A stretch of DNA of 31,906 nt, taken from positions 1 through 31,906 of the forward strand of contig CAIWET010000612.1 of assembly GCA_903911805.1 (NCBI GenBank). The letters are read 5' to 3'. The translations under genes and the position numbers were made by a program. A model generated the notes under the pieces. The model was not told the DNA's origin, ran no database searches, and saw nothing but the letters and a program-made list of their open reading frames with translations. This stretch comes from an uncultured Ignavibacteria bacterium (lineage in GTDB: Bacteria; Bacteroidota; Ignavibacteria; Kapaibacteriales; UBA2268). Positions 19,106 through 29,117 of the stretch are shown here, piece after piece (position 1 is the stretch's first letter; each line of letters begins with the position of its first letter).

Positions 19106-21247
19106 TTATTTTACAGGAGTTTCTATTATAATCTTTACTGTTCTTGAATAACTTCTACCTTCAGGTAAATCATTATTATAAAGTAATTCATCAGATCCAA
19201 CAGGATTGATTGTCAAATTTGCTTCATTAACTTCCAAAAACTTTTGAACTTCGCGGCAACGCTTTTCTGCTAATGCTTTGTTATATTCACTCTCGCCAGT
19301 TCTATCGGTATATCCAGAAATAATAACTTTTGAATTTGGTTTAATTCTAGTTTTTATTTGTTCCATTATAACTGATTGACTTTTTGTAAGATTAGCTTTG
19401 TCAAAATCAAAAACGATTAATGAGAATTTCTCGACAATTTTATCATCTTTAATTTCTTCGCGTTTCTTTTTAATTGTCTTTTGGTGTATTGTCAAATCTT
19501 GGTATGCAGTAACCTTCTTGCTATATTCATTGATAGCTGACAATGTAATCGTAACAGGAGTTTCAACTGCAGGAATTGGCTTGTCTTCAACTTTCCATTG
19601 CAAAACACTTGGAACATCTTTGCCACTAAATTCTCTTAATAATCTGTTGTCTTGAGTAATATCAACTCTCCAAGATTTTAATTCGGCTTCTGAGAAAACT
19701 GTTGGGTTAATCTCAACCAAAGGCGGATTAGATGTTCTAGTAATTTGGCGCAAAGTTACTGGTTTAAGAATTTCAGGACTTGTTGATGATAATTCAACTC
19801 TTTGATTTTCCTGTAAACCGTCTTCAATCTTGACGTTTGAAGGAGCTAATGGCAAGTTTCTTGATTCAGTTTTAATCCTTTTTGCGTCAATTCCCCAAAC
19901 TGTAGTCAAATAAGTTTTGATTTTTTCAGCTCTAGCCTTAGATAATTCAATATTATTCTTTTCTTCGGCTGTATTGTTATTGCAACCGGTTATTGTAATC
20001 GTAGCTTTTGGATTTTCGTTCAATCTTGAGCCAACAATATTCAGGAAATTAGAATAAATATCTAATGTATTCCATTTTAAGCTATCCTCAGAGAACTTGA
20101 AAGATTGATCGGCAGTTATCATTTTTTGCTGAATTTGTCCAATTTCGCTTTTTCCTTTTTCAAAGAAGATTTGAGGTAATAATGGGAATAATTCCGATTC
20201 TTCTAATTCTTCGATTACTATCTCAGGATTTTCTTTTCTTGTTCCATCTTTTGTAACGCCTGTGGCTGTTAGGGCAAGCTTTAGATCAGCTTCTCTTGGG
20301 ACACTTCTTTCGTAATGCTCTTTAATAATTTGGCGTTCCATTATCGTATCAGTTTTTGTGATTTTGTATGCTTCAGAATCATCTGTGCCGATTAATGTAA
20401 TAATTTCTTTAGGCAATCCCATCACTATTTTAGAGATTGTATCTCTTTGAATTGTGGTATCTCTATAATATTGAATTTTTGGTGATTCGTAAATCGGAAG
20501 ATTCAAGCTTGCTCCAAAAGATAAGCTCATAACTTTCCAATTAACTGAAGAAATATTAGTAAAAGGGAAATAATATTTAATTTCTGGAGTTAGATAAGTG
20601 TTTTTGCCAATTTCTAATCTATATCCTGCACCAATAGAAGCGTGTACTTGTAATGCTTCTTTATCTGGCAATGGTTCATTTTGAATGTCATTATTTCTGG
20701 TTACTTTGCCATCAAGAAAAACAACATTTTCTGGACTTGTCAATCGCTCTTCTTGAGAATAATTTCCAGAAAACATATAACCAAATTTCAAACCACCAGT
20801 AAAGAATAAATCTTGGACAGGATAATAGCTGATAACTGGCTCAAAGTCCATCTGATATAGACTTGCCGACAAAGTATGATCAACTGTTACACTTGCGATG
20901 TATTCTTTCCCTTGAGTATTTCTGACTGTATAATTGCCAATGTTTTCCTGCTCAGTGATTTCGCCATTGAGAGAAGAAATACCAGCTCTTAATCCAAGTT
21001 TGAATTTATTATATACGTCAAAATCAAATAGTATTCCTAACGAAAATCCAGCTCCTGTGCCAGTATTATAATAATGTGGGCAACAACTTGGCACATTTGG
21101 CAATTTTGTAAAATCAGGCAAATGGAAATTATGGAGATAACTTCCATAAACGCCAGTATGGAATAATAATTCTCTCTCAGCGGAGATTGAAGTATAGGAG
21201 ATAATAATTGCTATAAATACTAATATTATTTTTTTCATAAATTTCAT
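19106..21247 (-). CDS. OmpA-family protein: N-terminal outer-membrane beta-barrel plus two OmpA-like peptidoglycan-binding domains
   Basis: Signal peptide; alternating beta-strand pattern; LSKARAEKIKTYL...QENQRVE and FDFDKANL...SGYTDRTGESEYNKALAEKR...RTVKI. Confidence 0.85.
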   Translation of the reverse strand: MKFMKKIILVFIAIIISYTSISAERELLFHTGVYGSYLHNFHLPDFTKLPNVPSCCPHYYNTGTGAGFSLGILFDFDVYNKFKLGLRAGISSLNGEITEQENIGNYTVRNTQGKEYIASVTVDHTLSASLYQMDFEPVISYYPVQDLFFTGGLKFGYMFSGNYSQEERLTSPENVVFLDGKVTRNNDIQNEPLPDKEALQVHASIGAGYRLEIGKNTYLTPEIKYYFPFTNISSVNWKVMSLSFGASLNLPIYESPKIQYYRDTTIQRDTISKIVMGLPKEIITLIGTDDSEAYKITKTDTIMERQIIKEHYERSVPREADLKLALTATGVTKDGTRKENPEIVIEELEESELFPLLPQIFFEKGKSEIGQIQQKMITADQSFKFSEDSLKWNTLDIYSNFLNIVGSRLNENPKATITITGCNNNTAEEKNNIELSKARAEKIKTYLTTVWGIDAKRIKTESRNLPLAPSNVKIEDGLQENQRVELSSTSPEILKPVTLRQITRTSNPPLVEINPTVFSEAELKSWRVDITQDNRLLREFSGKDVPSVLQWKVEDKPIPAVETPVTITLSAINEYSKKVTAYQDLTIHQKTIKKKREEIKDDKIVEKFSLIVFDFDKANLTKSQSVIMEQIKTRIKPNSKVIISGYTDRTGESEYNKALAEKRCREVQKFLEVNEANLTINPVGSDELLYNNDLPEGRSYSRTVKIIIETPVK

Positions 21248-21278
21248 TCTAATTTATTCTATTTATATTTTTTCAAAA

Positions 21279-24200
21279 TTAATCAATAATTACCAAAGGC
21301 AATGTAACAATTCCTGATGGACTTGTCATTTTTAAATAATAAATTCCATTTGAAATATTGCTCAAAGTAAATCTGAAATTATAGTTCTTATCTTTGCTTA
21401 AGCTATGGCTCCATTTGTTCAAATTAATGCAACCACCCTGTAAATCAAATAAATCAAGTTTATAATCTCCGACTGCAAGCACATTGATATCAACTAATAA
21501 TTCACTATTTTTATAAGAAGAAATCATTTTTTGAGGGCTTGTGTCTTTAATTAATCTAACTCCACCTTCTTCGCAAATTGTAATTTCAAGTGAACCGTTT
21601 AGCTCCTTATCGGATACTACTAATGATGGGTCTGCAAAATACAAATAATCCCATTTAATATCAGTTTTAATTGTGTCACCTAATAATGCAGCACCTTTAA
21701 GGTTGAAAATCAGAGAATCTGTTTTATTTATTTCATAATTTTCAACTGAAAAGCCAATAAATCTTCTATTTAAATATATTGAATCTTTCAAAATCGAAAT
21801 ATCGCCATCAGCATAAGGGGTAAATAATGTTTTTCTGAAATTTATTCCTGCAAACATTTTCATATTTTTCAAAGTATCTCTATTATCCGAAAGTGTAGCA
21901 TAAACAGGAATCGATAAATCTCTATTTAATGGGGAAGAAATTACTGAATCAATTCTAATTGACATTCTTTTTATAGGTAAAGCTCCACCACTTAAATAGA
22001 AAGTAAATTCCTGACTGCACAATCCATCTGAAATTTGAATTTTTAATGAATCTTTATAATCCAAAGTGTCTTTGGGTGTATATGAAAATTCTATACTATC
22101 AGTTTGAGCAGTAACAAAAATCATAGCTGGTAGATTAGTTATCAATTTAAAAACTGTTCCAGTTAATGGTTGAGTAATAATATTTGTAAGAGGTTTTTTA
22201 CTCCTGTTTTCAAACCATAATTTAATGTTTTTAGTAGAATTGACAGCAATTTTTCCAAAATCTCCATAAGCCTGACCAGAATTAACAACGCCTTCAGATT
22301 TGTACATAATTCTTGACATCGTGGCGTAAATCATTATGGAATCTATTGGATTTGTACATTGCGATATATAAACATAGTATTTTTTAATGAAGACTGTATC
22401 ACTAAATAATACATTATAGCTTTTAAATTCGACATCTATAGTTGCAAATCCAGCTGGTGGAATTGCATCGCTACCGTTAATAGTCATATCATAACCCTGA
22501 TGCGCAGAGCTTTCTAATCTTAGGTTTACTACTTGTTTGCCGGTGTTATAAACTCTAAAAGCAGATTTAATTTTATCGCCCCAACAAATATCTCCAACAT
22601 AAAGTGATTTTGGAAGAGTAATATCATATTTTTTTGTGTTTAAAGTATCTCTAGTTTCAACAGAAGGAATATCAATAGAAATATTAATTCCAATAGCCCA
22701 AGGCTGATGATTTGCAAATTTATCATTATGTGGAATAAATAAAGTATCTGAAAATGTAATTGATTTTGGAGATTTAAACCATAAAGTTACGGTAATAGAA
22801 TCATCAGGTGAAATTCTATCAATCATATTATAAATACCAAAATATTTAAAAATATTTGTGTCTTTTCCATAAGATTTAAAAATATCCATAAACAACATTG
22901 CATCACCTTTGTTATATAAAGTGATTGTCTTGAATATCATTTCATTTGGACAAGCATTGATTAAATATGTAATGGTAGAATCACCGGAAATAATCGGTGA
23001 TTTTATTTTTCTTAAAACATTGCAACTCGCCTGAGAAAGAATATGCTGAGGAATATAAGAATAATCATTATCCCAAATCCCACTTTCTGATTGATAACTA
23101 GACAAATAAATCAATGTATCTTTTGTTCTTATATCAAAATCTAAAGACCATTTATTTCCATTAATTTTTAATTTTTTAGTAACATCAATCCAATCTGTAC
23201 TTTCCCATTTCAAAAGAACGTGAGGCTGAGTATTATTGCTAAAAGTTCCAGTTACTTGAGAAATTCTCTCGATAAAATTACTTGTATCAGATGTTGGTCC
23301 AAAGTAAGGAGTAGCAGCTACAGGATTAAAAACTCCAGTCATATTTGGGTTATTATATCTCAATCTTCCATAGCCAGCTCTTACTCCAGGCTTAACATTT
23401 AAAATATTATTATTATCTGCTAATTTAGAATTTAAATCAATAAAACCACCAGAACCGCCACCACCTTTGTCGCCACCACCACCACCACCATCTTTGCCAT
23501 TAGCATTGAATGTGATTGATCTGACTAAATTTGCAGAAATTCTGATTGCTCCTCCAGCTCCTCCACCTTCGCCAGAACATCCACCAAAAGTATATTGAGG
23601 ATTGCCACTTGCACCACCAGATCCTCCAGCTAATGGAATTCCCATTGGATTGCCGTGAGCTTTCCCACCATTCTTTGCGTTAACATCATAGCCAAATCCA
23701 TCAGAGCCATAACCACCAGATCCTCCGACTTGATTTTGGCCAGAGCCACCACCAGCACCAAATTCGCCTGGGTTGGTATTGCAGTCTGTGTTAGGGTCGC
23801 AATCTTTTGCTGATTTTCCAAATGGATGGCCTGTTCCGCCACCTGCTGACTCATATATTCCACTTGTTGAGCGACCACCCAAAACTCCATTGAGCGAAGT
23901 TCCGCCAACAATTTTTCTTCCTTTATCATCTAAAGTTGTAGGCTGTTTACCCGTTCCATTTCCAATATTTCTACGATAACTCAATGAGTTATTGAATAAA
24001 TTTGTTCCACCAGGACCGCCACCTGTAAAACCATCTCCACCACCACTTGAAGAATTAAGATCGCAATATTTTCCACCACCGCCGCCGCCGCCAGGACCGC
24101 CGTGAGCAGAATTGCCGTTCATTCCACCATCTACAGAAATAATAGTTGCAGTTCCACCAATAATGTTTCCTTTAGCTAATAAAACAAAAGGTAAATAAGC

Positions 24201-24773
24201 CTGATTACCATCGGCAATCAAATCGCAATCTTTTATTGAAACTGTATAAGTTCCATTTCCTAAAATCAATGAATCTACAATCATTGCTCCACGTTTGGAT
24301 CGAATGCCAAGAGTACCTTCGCCTAAAATTCGTTCAGGTTTTCCAGCAACGTTACCCATTTGGAAAGGTTGAACTATGAAAAAAGTATCGATATTTGATA
24401 AATTGCCATTTATATATACTCCAATTGGAATTCGGTATTGAGGATTTAATAAATTCCAATTTGAAGAATTTGGATTTTCATTTGGATTAATAAAAGCTTG
24501 AGAGGAAACCATTCTTCCATCCCAAGAAACAACAAGAGGACCAAATGTTAGCCTTTTTTTATCAAGAACGTTTATGGCTTCTAATCTAATTGAGCTGAAA
24601 GGTCCATTATCAAAATAACCATCTGTACCAAAATTTCCTTTTTTGTCGTTAGGACCAATTACTTCAACATAAACGCCCATTCCAGGGGCACCAATGTCTG
24701 GCAAAATATAAGAAATTTCCTGAGAAAAAAGAGCTCCAATTTGTAAAAATAACAATATCAATAATTTTTTCAT
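21279..24773 (-). CDS. Large T9SS-secreted protein with a Gly-rich domain, several Ig-like (choice-of-anchor D-like) domains, a cohesin-like domain and a type-A CTD
   Basis: Start chosen at MKKLLILLFLQ (24773) because it gives a signal peptide. Shows a GGGGGG-rich block, LYNKGDA/VYNTGKQ/FENRSKK Ig-like motifs and CTD LFDLQG...LSNISNGIYYLKM. Confidence 0.75.
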   Translation of the reverse strand: MKKLLILLFLQIGALFSQEISYILPDIGAPGMGVYVEVIGPNDKKGNFGTDGYFDNGPFSSIRLEAINVLDKKRLTFGPLVVSWDGRMVSSQAFINPNENPNSSNWNLLNPQYRIPIGVYINGNLSNIDTFFIVQPFQMGNVAGKPERILGEGTLGIRSKRGAMIVDSLILGNGTYTVSIKDCDLIADGNQAYLPFVLLAKGNIIGGTATIISVDGGMNGNSAHGGPGGGGGGGKYCDLNSSSGGGDGFTGGGPGGTNLFNNSLSYRRNIGNGTGKQPTTLDDKGRKIVGGTSLNGVLGGRSTSGIYESAGGGTGHPFGKSAKDCDPNTDCNTNPGEFGAGGGSGQNQVGGSGGYGSDGFGYDVNAKNGGKAHGNPMGIPLAGGSGGASGNPQYTFGGCSGEGGGAGGAIRISANLVRSITFNANGKDGGGGGGDKGGGGSGGFIDLNSKLADNNNILNVKPGVRAGYGRLRYNNPNMTGVFNPVAATPYFGPTSDTSNFIERISQVTGTFSNNTQPHVLLKWESTDWIDVTKKLKINGNKWSLDFDIRTKDTLIYLSSYQSESGIWDNDYSYIPQHILSQASCNVLRKIKSPIISGDSTITYLINACPNEMIFKTITLYNKGDAMLFMDIFKSYGKDTNIFKYFGIYNMIDRISPDDSITVTLWFKSPKSITFSDTLFIPHNDKFANHQPWAIGINISIDIPSVETRDTLNTKKYDITLPKSLYVGDICWGDKIKSAFRVYNTGKQVVNLRLESSAHQGYDMTINGSDAIPPAGFATIDVEFKSYNVLFSDTVFIKKYYVYISQCTNPIDSIMIYATMSRIMYKSEGVVNSGQAYGDFGKIAVNSTKNIKLWFENRSKKPLTNIITQPLTGTVFKLITNLPAMIFVTAQTDSIEFSYTPKDTLDYKDSLKIQISDGLCSQEFTFYLSGGALPIKRMSIRIDSVISSPLNRDLSIPVYATLSDNRDTLKNMKMFAGINFRKTLFTPYADGDISILKDSIYLNRRFIGFSVENYEINKTDSLIFNLKGAALLGDTIKTDIKWDYLYFADPSLVVSDKELNGSLEITICEEGGVRLIKDTSPQKMISSYKNSELLVDINVLAVGDYKLDLFDLQGGCINLNKWSHSLSKDKNYNFRFTLSNISNGIYYLKMTSPSGIVTLPLVIID

Positions 24774-24903
24774 ACTAACAATATCACCCAAGTGATTAAT
24801 TAAAAATTTTAATAGTATAATAGACACAAAAACGAAAAAATATTATTTTTTTTAAGAAAAAAATCATAGTTTTGATTTTAGTTGAATTTAAAATTAGCAA
24901 AAA

Positions 24904-25440
24904 ATGAAAAATGTAATTAATTGGCAAGAAATTATGTCCGATAGCTCACGCAAATGTATTGAGCACGCAAGCAGAATTTTAATAAAAAATCCCAAAGAAG
25001 TAACTAATTTAATAGAGCTTGGTTTTTCTGGTGTCCCACGATATTCGGGACGAGCAGTTAGAGCGATTTACTATGCATTGCAAGTTGATAATACATTATT
25101 CAAAAAAGAGCTTTCAAACTTAGTTTGGCGATACAAAGATTGCCCTGACGAATCGGTAGAATTTCATTTTATGGGGATATTCTATATGGCTGAATTACCA
25201 AAGAAGCAAAAAGAATTAGCAGAGCTAACTAATATTTGCTTTGCTGCTTTCGATAAAACTGTCCAAAGAATTGCAATCAAAGTTTATGCTGCAGAAACAT
25301 TATTCAAAATTGCAAATAAATTCCCTGCAATGAAAAATGAGGTTATTAGTATATTGATGGCTCAATCCGAAGACGAACACGCTTCGCTAAAAATTACCTC
25401 TAAGCGAATTATAAAAGAACTAATGAAATCAAAGAAATAG
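24904..25440 (+). CDS. Conserved hypothetical alpha-helical (HEAT-like) protein
   Basis: Helical pattern including IAIKVYAAETLFKIA; TAGTTTTG promoter-like motif upstream. Confidence 0.6.
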   Translation: MKNVINWQEIMSDSSRKCIEHASRILIKNPKEVTNLIELGFSGVPRYSGRAVRAIYYALQVDNTLFKKELSNLVWRYKDCPDESVEFHFMGIFYMAELPKKQKELAELTNICFAAFDKTVQRIAIKVYAAETLFKIANKFPAMKNEVISILMAQSEDEHASLKITSKRIIKELMKSKK

Positions 25441-25503
25441 ACTATTTTAAATTTTCAAACGTTAAAATATGAATAATATTTTTATTATAAAAAGGAAAAA
25501 AAT

Positions 25504-26016
25504 ATGATCAAGAAAGTAATGGAAGATGCTATTAATGCTCAAGTAGCTAGAGAATTATATAGCTCAAATTTATATTTATCAATGGCAGGTTTTTACCATT
25601 CATTAAATTTAACTGGATTTGCAAACTGGATGAGAGTTCAGGCACAAGAAGAAATGGCTCACGCAATCAAATTATTTGATTATTTACTCGATAGAGGCGG
25701 TCACGCAATAATCAATGAAATTCCTGCTCCACCATCAGTTTGGGATAATCCATTAGCAGCTTTTGAAACTGCTTATGAACACGAACAAATGGTTACATCT
25801 TGGATAAACAACTTAGCCGATTTAGCAGTTAAAGAAGGCGACCACGCTACACATATTCTTTTAAATTGGTTTATTACCGAACAAGTAGAAGAAGAAGCAT
25901 CAACTGGTGAAAAAGTTGAAAGAATTCGTATGGTTGAGGGTTCAAAAGCTGGATTATTTATGATTGACAATGAATTAAAAACCAGAATTTATACTCCACC
26001 ACCACCAAACAAATAA
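25504..26016 (+). CDS. ftnA: Non-heme ferritin
   Basis: AINAQVARELYSSNLYLSM...QAQEEMAHA...AYEHEQMVT...WFITEQVEEE ferroxidase motifs. Confidence 0.92.
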   Translation: MIKKVMEDAINAQVARELYSSNLYLSMAGFYHSLNLTGFANWMRVQAQEEMAHAIKLFDYLLDRGGHAIINEIPAPPSVWDNPLAAFETAYEHEQMVTSWINNLADLAVKEGDHATHILLNWFITEQVEEEASTGEKVERIRMVEGSKAGLFMIDNELKTRIYTPPPPNK

Positions 26017-26360
26017 TGGAGAATTTATTTAATTATTTTGATTCGTTAGAAGAAGCAATAACTGTCGCGGATAAGGATGCTATTATTCTTTATATGAATA
26101 AAAAGTCTATTGCAACTTTTGAAAATGATGGCGGAGTTGAATTAATTGGCAAATCACTTTATGACTGCCATAATGAAAATTCTTGCCAAATTATCAGAGA
26201 TATATTGAGTACAGGCAAATCCAATAGCTATACTATTGAGAAAAAGGGGAAGAAGAAGTTTATTCATCAAACTCCCTGGTACAAAAACAATGAAATTGCA
26301 GGAGTAATTGAGTTTTCTATAGTAATTCCATTTGAGATGCCACATTTCAAAAGGGATTAG
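26016..26360 (+). CDS. Stand-alone PAS-domain protein
   Basis: AITVADKDAIILYMN...LIGKSLYDCH...AGVIE; overlaps the ferritin stop (TAATG). Confidence 0.75.
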   Translation: MENLFNYFDSLEEAITVADKDAIILYMNKKSIATFENDGGVELIGKSLYDCHNENSCQIIRDILSTGKSNSYTIEKKGKKKFIHQTPWYKNNEIAGVIEFSIVIPFEMPHFKRD

Positions 26361-26527
26361 TGATTTGTTTGGACTTTGCAATTGATGTGGAATCTAAGCT
26401 CTGAAACAAAGACACCATTACACCCAAACCTCCTTGAAGATAAATAAAAAAAAGAGCCATAAATCATGAACAACACCCTAAAAGTAAGACAAAAAACTTT
26501 TGGGGTGTTTTTTTATGTCGTCTTTTT

Positions 26528-26710
26528 TTATCTTTTCCTTGTACCAAATGTTATTACAACTAACCCACCCAACGATAGAGTATATCCGATAATACTTAAT
26601 ATTGACTTATACTCAAGGAAATTTGGAATAATCAATTTAACAATCATTATTCCTATTATTGAAGTACTAACTCCAATAATCCAAAACTTTTTATCTTTAA
26701 AGAAGTTCAT
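26528..26710 (-). CDS. Small two-TM membrane protein
   Basis: 60 aa with two hydrophobic stretches; starts 5 bp after the trhO stop on the same strand. Confidence 0.5.
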   Translation of the reverse strand: MNFFKDKKFWIIGVSTSIIGIMIVKLIIPNFLEYKSILSIIGYTLSLGGLVVITFGTRKR

Positions 26711-26715
26711 ATTTT

Positions 26716-27801
26716 TTAATCACCTTTTTTGAATCTTCTTTTAACTGGTACTTTAAATTTAAATTCAATATTTTTAGTAGCAGCCAAAATTTCTTTTCTA
26801 ATTTTTTCTTTTATCATTTCCTCGAGTGCCGGATTTTGCTTAATCGAGCCTCGAAGGAGTTTATAATTATTTTTATCGAAATCTGCATTTCTGATTAATA
26901 GATCTTCGATTGCTTTGTCCCTGCATTGCTCGGAGCAAAATCCATAGTGTTTTTTATATTCATCTGGCTTTGCTGTAAAATGAGATTGGCAATCAGCATA
27001 ACGGCAGTTAAAATAGTCTTCTGCAGGCAAATCTGAATAATATGATTTACTGATTACTGTATGAGTATTTTCACTTCCAACATAAGTTGAGATTCTGTCA
27101 TCGAATGTATAAAGATTTCCTAACCAATTTCCATCGTCAAATGTATTCACATATTTTATTACTCCACCATCGAGTTGCCTAACTCCTTTTAATCCAGAAT
27201 TTTCGAGCAATGCGCCAAGTTTTTCGCAGCGAATTCCGCCAGTGCAGTACATTATCACTTCTTTTTCAGCAAACTCCGCTTTATAATCTTTCAATTTGTC
27301 CATTACTTCTTTAAAAGTATCAGTTGCAGCAGGAATAGCAGTTTTAAAATGTCCAAGTTCATATTCGTAATCGTTTCGCATATCGAGTATTACATAATCA
27401 TCTGGATTGGAATCCATCACTTCTTTAAATTCGTCAATTGACATTTTGAAGGTTGATTTTGCAATTTCAGATGACTTATATATTTCACCCATTGCGACAA
27501 TTTCATTGCGGTATTTTACAATCATTTTTGGAAATTTATGACATTCAATTGGAGTTGCTTTTGTATCAATATCTTGAATATTTTTAAAATGCTCTGAAGC
27601 ATCTAAAAACAATCTATAAGCTTTTTCTTGACCAGTATTGCAGGATATCTGTGCATTAATGCCTTCTTCCCCAATATAAATTCTACCTTTCATTCCAATA
27701 TCGCTGCAAAATTGCTTATGATCTTTCACTACATCGATTGGATTAGCTATATCTACAAATTTATAAAATGTTATTAATCTATATTCAGTTTCTTTTATCA
27801 T
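26716..27801 (-). CDS. trhO: Rhodanese-domain tRNA uridine(34) hydroxylase (UPF0176/YceA family)
   Basis: FYKF...KGRIYIGEEGINAQ; LDMRNDYEYELGHF; MYCTGGIRCEK; QLDGGVIKY; GNLYTFDDR. Confidence 0.88.
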   Translation of the reverse strand: MIKETEYRLITFYKFVDIANPIDVVKDHKQFCSDIGMKGRIYIGEEGINAQISCNTGQEKAYRLFLDASEHFKNIQDIDTKATPIECHKFPKMIVKYRNEIVAMGEIYKSSEIAKSTFKMSIDEFKEVMDSNPDDYVILDMRNDYEYELGHFKTAIPAATDTFKEVMDKLKDYKAEFAEKEVIMYCTGGIRCEKLGALLENSGLKGVRQLDGGVIKYVNTFDDGNWLGNLYTFDDRISTYVGSENTHTVISKSYYSDLPAEDYFNCRYADCQSHFTAKPDEYKKHYGFCSEQCRDKAIEDLLIRNADFDKNNYKLLRGSIKQNPALEEMIKEKIRKEILAATKNIEFKFKVPVKRRFKKGD

Positions 27802-27831
27802 TCTTCTTTAATAATTTTTTTCAATATAAAT

Positions 27832-28446
27832 CTATTTTTTTACCCAATAATTATAAGTTTCATCTAATACTTCTGGACTTAGTTGAGGTGTGTCATAAAG
27901 CCCTGCAAGAGTTCTCTGACGCATTGCTTCATAAGCTGAAACAGCACAAGCCACAGAGATATTCAAGCTTTGAGTCATTCCCACCTGAGGAATAATAAAA
28001 TTTCCATCTGACAAGCTAAGAGCTTCTTCGGTCAATCCTTTGTGTTCATTTCCAAAGACTAATGCAACTGGTTGAGTCAAATCCAAATCATAGAGTGATT
28101 TGCTTTCAGTTCCCAAATGTGTTGTAAAAATCTTTTTCCCTTCTGATTTTAATTTCTCATAGCAAGATTCAATAGAATCAAATAAAAGATAATTTACCCA
28201 TTTTCTTGCATTTCCTGAGCTTTTTTTCCCCATCTTTTTTGGGAATTCCTGTCCACTATGATAAACAAGGCAAACCTTAAAAATGCCTACACAATCAGCA
28301 GTTCTTAAAACAGCAGCAACATTATGTGGGTCATGAACATTTTCGAGTACTAATGTTAAATTTGGTTGTCTTTTTTCGAGTACATTCCTTACTTTAAGCT
28401 TTCTTCTGTCTGTGCGTTCGTATTCTTTTAAAAATTCTTTAATCAT
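27832..28446 (-). CDS. trmH: tRNA (guanosine-18)-2'-O-methyltransferase, SpoU family
   Basis: LENVHDPHNVAAVLRTAD; VFGNEHKG; IPQVGMTQSLNISVA; YEAMRQR. Confidence 0.88.
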   Translation of the reverse strand: MIKEFLKEYERTDRRKLKVRNVLEKRQPNLTLVLENVHDPHNVAAVLRTADCVGIFKVCLVYHSGQEFPKKMGKKSSGNARKWVNYLLFDSIESCYEKLKSEGKKIFTTHLGTESKSLYDLDLTQPVALVFGNEHKGLTEEALSLSDGNFIIPQVGMTQSLNISVACAVSAYEAMRQRTLAGLYDTPQLSPEVLDETYNYWVKK

Positions 28447-28628
28447 AAATAATAAAAAGACACGAAAATGGCTTATTAATTTTATTTTTGGAGAGATATT
28501 TCATCCTTTAGATTAATTGATATTTATAATTAGTTCAAGTAAAGATTTTATTTTATTGTAAGGTACTTTTCATAATAGATTAATTGTCAATATAAAAAAT
28601 AATATATTCTTTAAAACGTAATTTTATT

Positions 28629-28713
28629 ATGACTAATGATGAACATATTGAATATTGGCTTAAATCATTTCAGTAAAATAAAGGAATTATATAAATGGTT
28701 AATATCCCAAATA
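28629..28713 (+). pseudogene. HEPN gene remnant (N- and C-termini joined by an out-of-frame internal deletion)
   Basis: 28629-28676 MTNDEHIEYWLKSFQ* matches MNKLEHIAYWLES of 5659. The +1 frame from 28675 reads KIKELYKWLISQI, matching NIKEQFLWLKSQI. Confidence 0.75.
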
Positions 28714-29012
28714 GCGTCATTGAAAAAATTAATAGATTTCTCGAACTATTAAAGGAAAACCATATTTCTATTCAGAAGTCATATCTTTATGGATCTTATG
28801 CTAATGGCACCTATAATGAATGGAGCGATATTGATTTAGCGATTATATCAGATGATTTTTCTGGAAATTCTTTTTTAGATAAGGTAAATTTAATTGATAT
28901 TATTTTTCAATCTGGCAAAGATATTTCTCCAATGCCTTTCAAGTCTGAAGATTTTGAAAATAGTCCTTTTGCTAGAGACGAAATCTTAAAAAAAGGTATC
29001 AAAATTTCCTAA
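28695..29012 (+). CDS. Minimal nucleotidyltransferase (MNT), paralog of 6027-6341
   Basis: LYGSYANG...SDIDLAIIS signature; colinear with the first MNT. Confidence 0.88.
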   Translation: MVNIPNSVIEKINRFLELLKENHISIQKSYLYGSYANGTYNEWSDIDLAIISDDFSGNSFLDKVNLIDIIFQSGKDISPMPFKSEDFENSPFARDEILKKGIKIS

Positions 29013-29117
29013 ACCCTTACTTTTGTAATCTTAAATATTTATTTATCCTTTATCTTATAACAAATCTCCACTTATATTCGTAATACTTTTTTAATAAATT
29101 TGTATTTATGATAGATT

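Noticed and set aside
25473-25488. Fur-box-like ATAAT...ATTAT upstream of ferritin
   Set aside because: The spacing is 6 rather than 7 nt, and such AT-only palindromes are expected by chance here.
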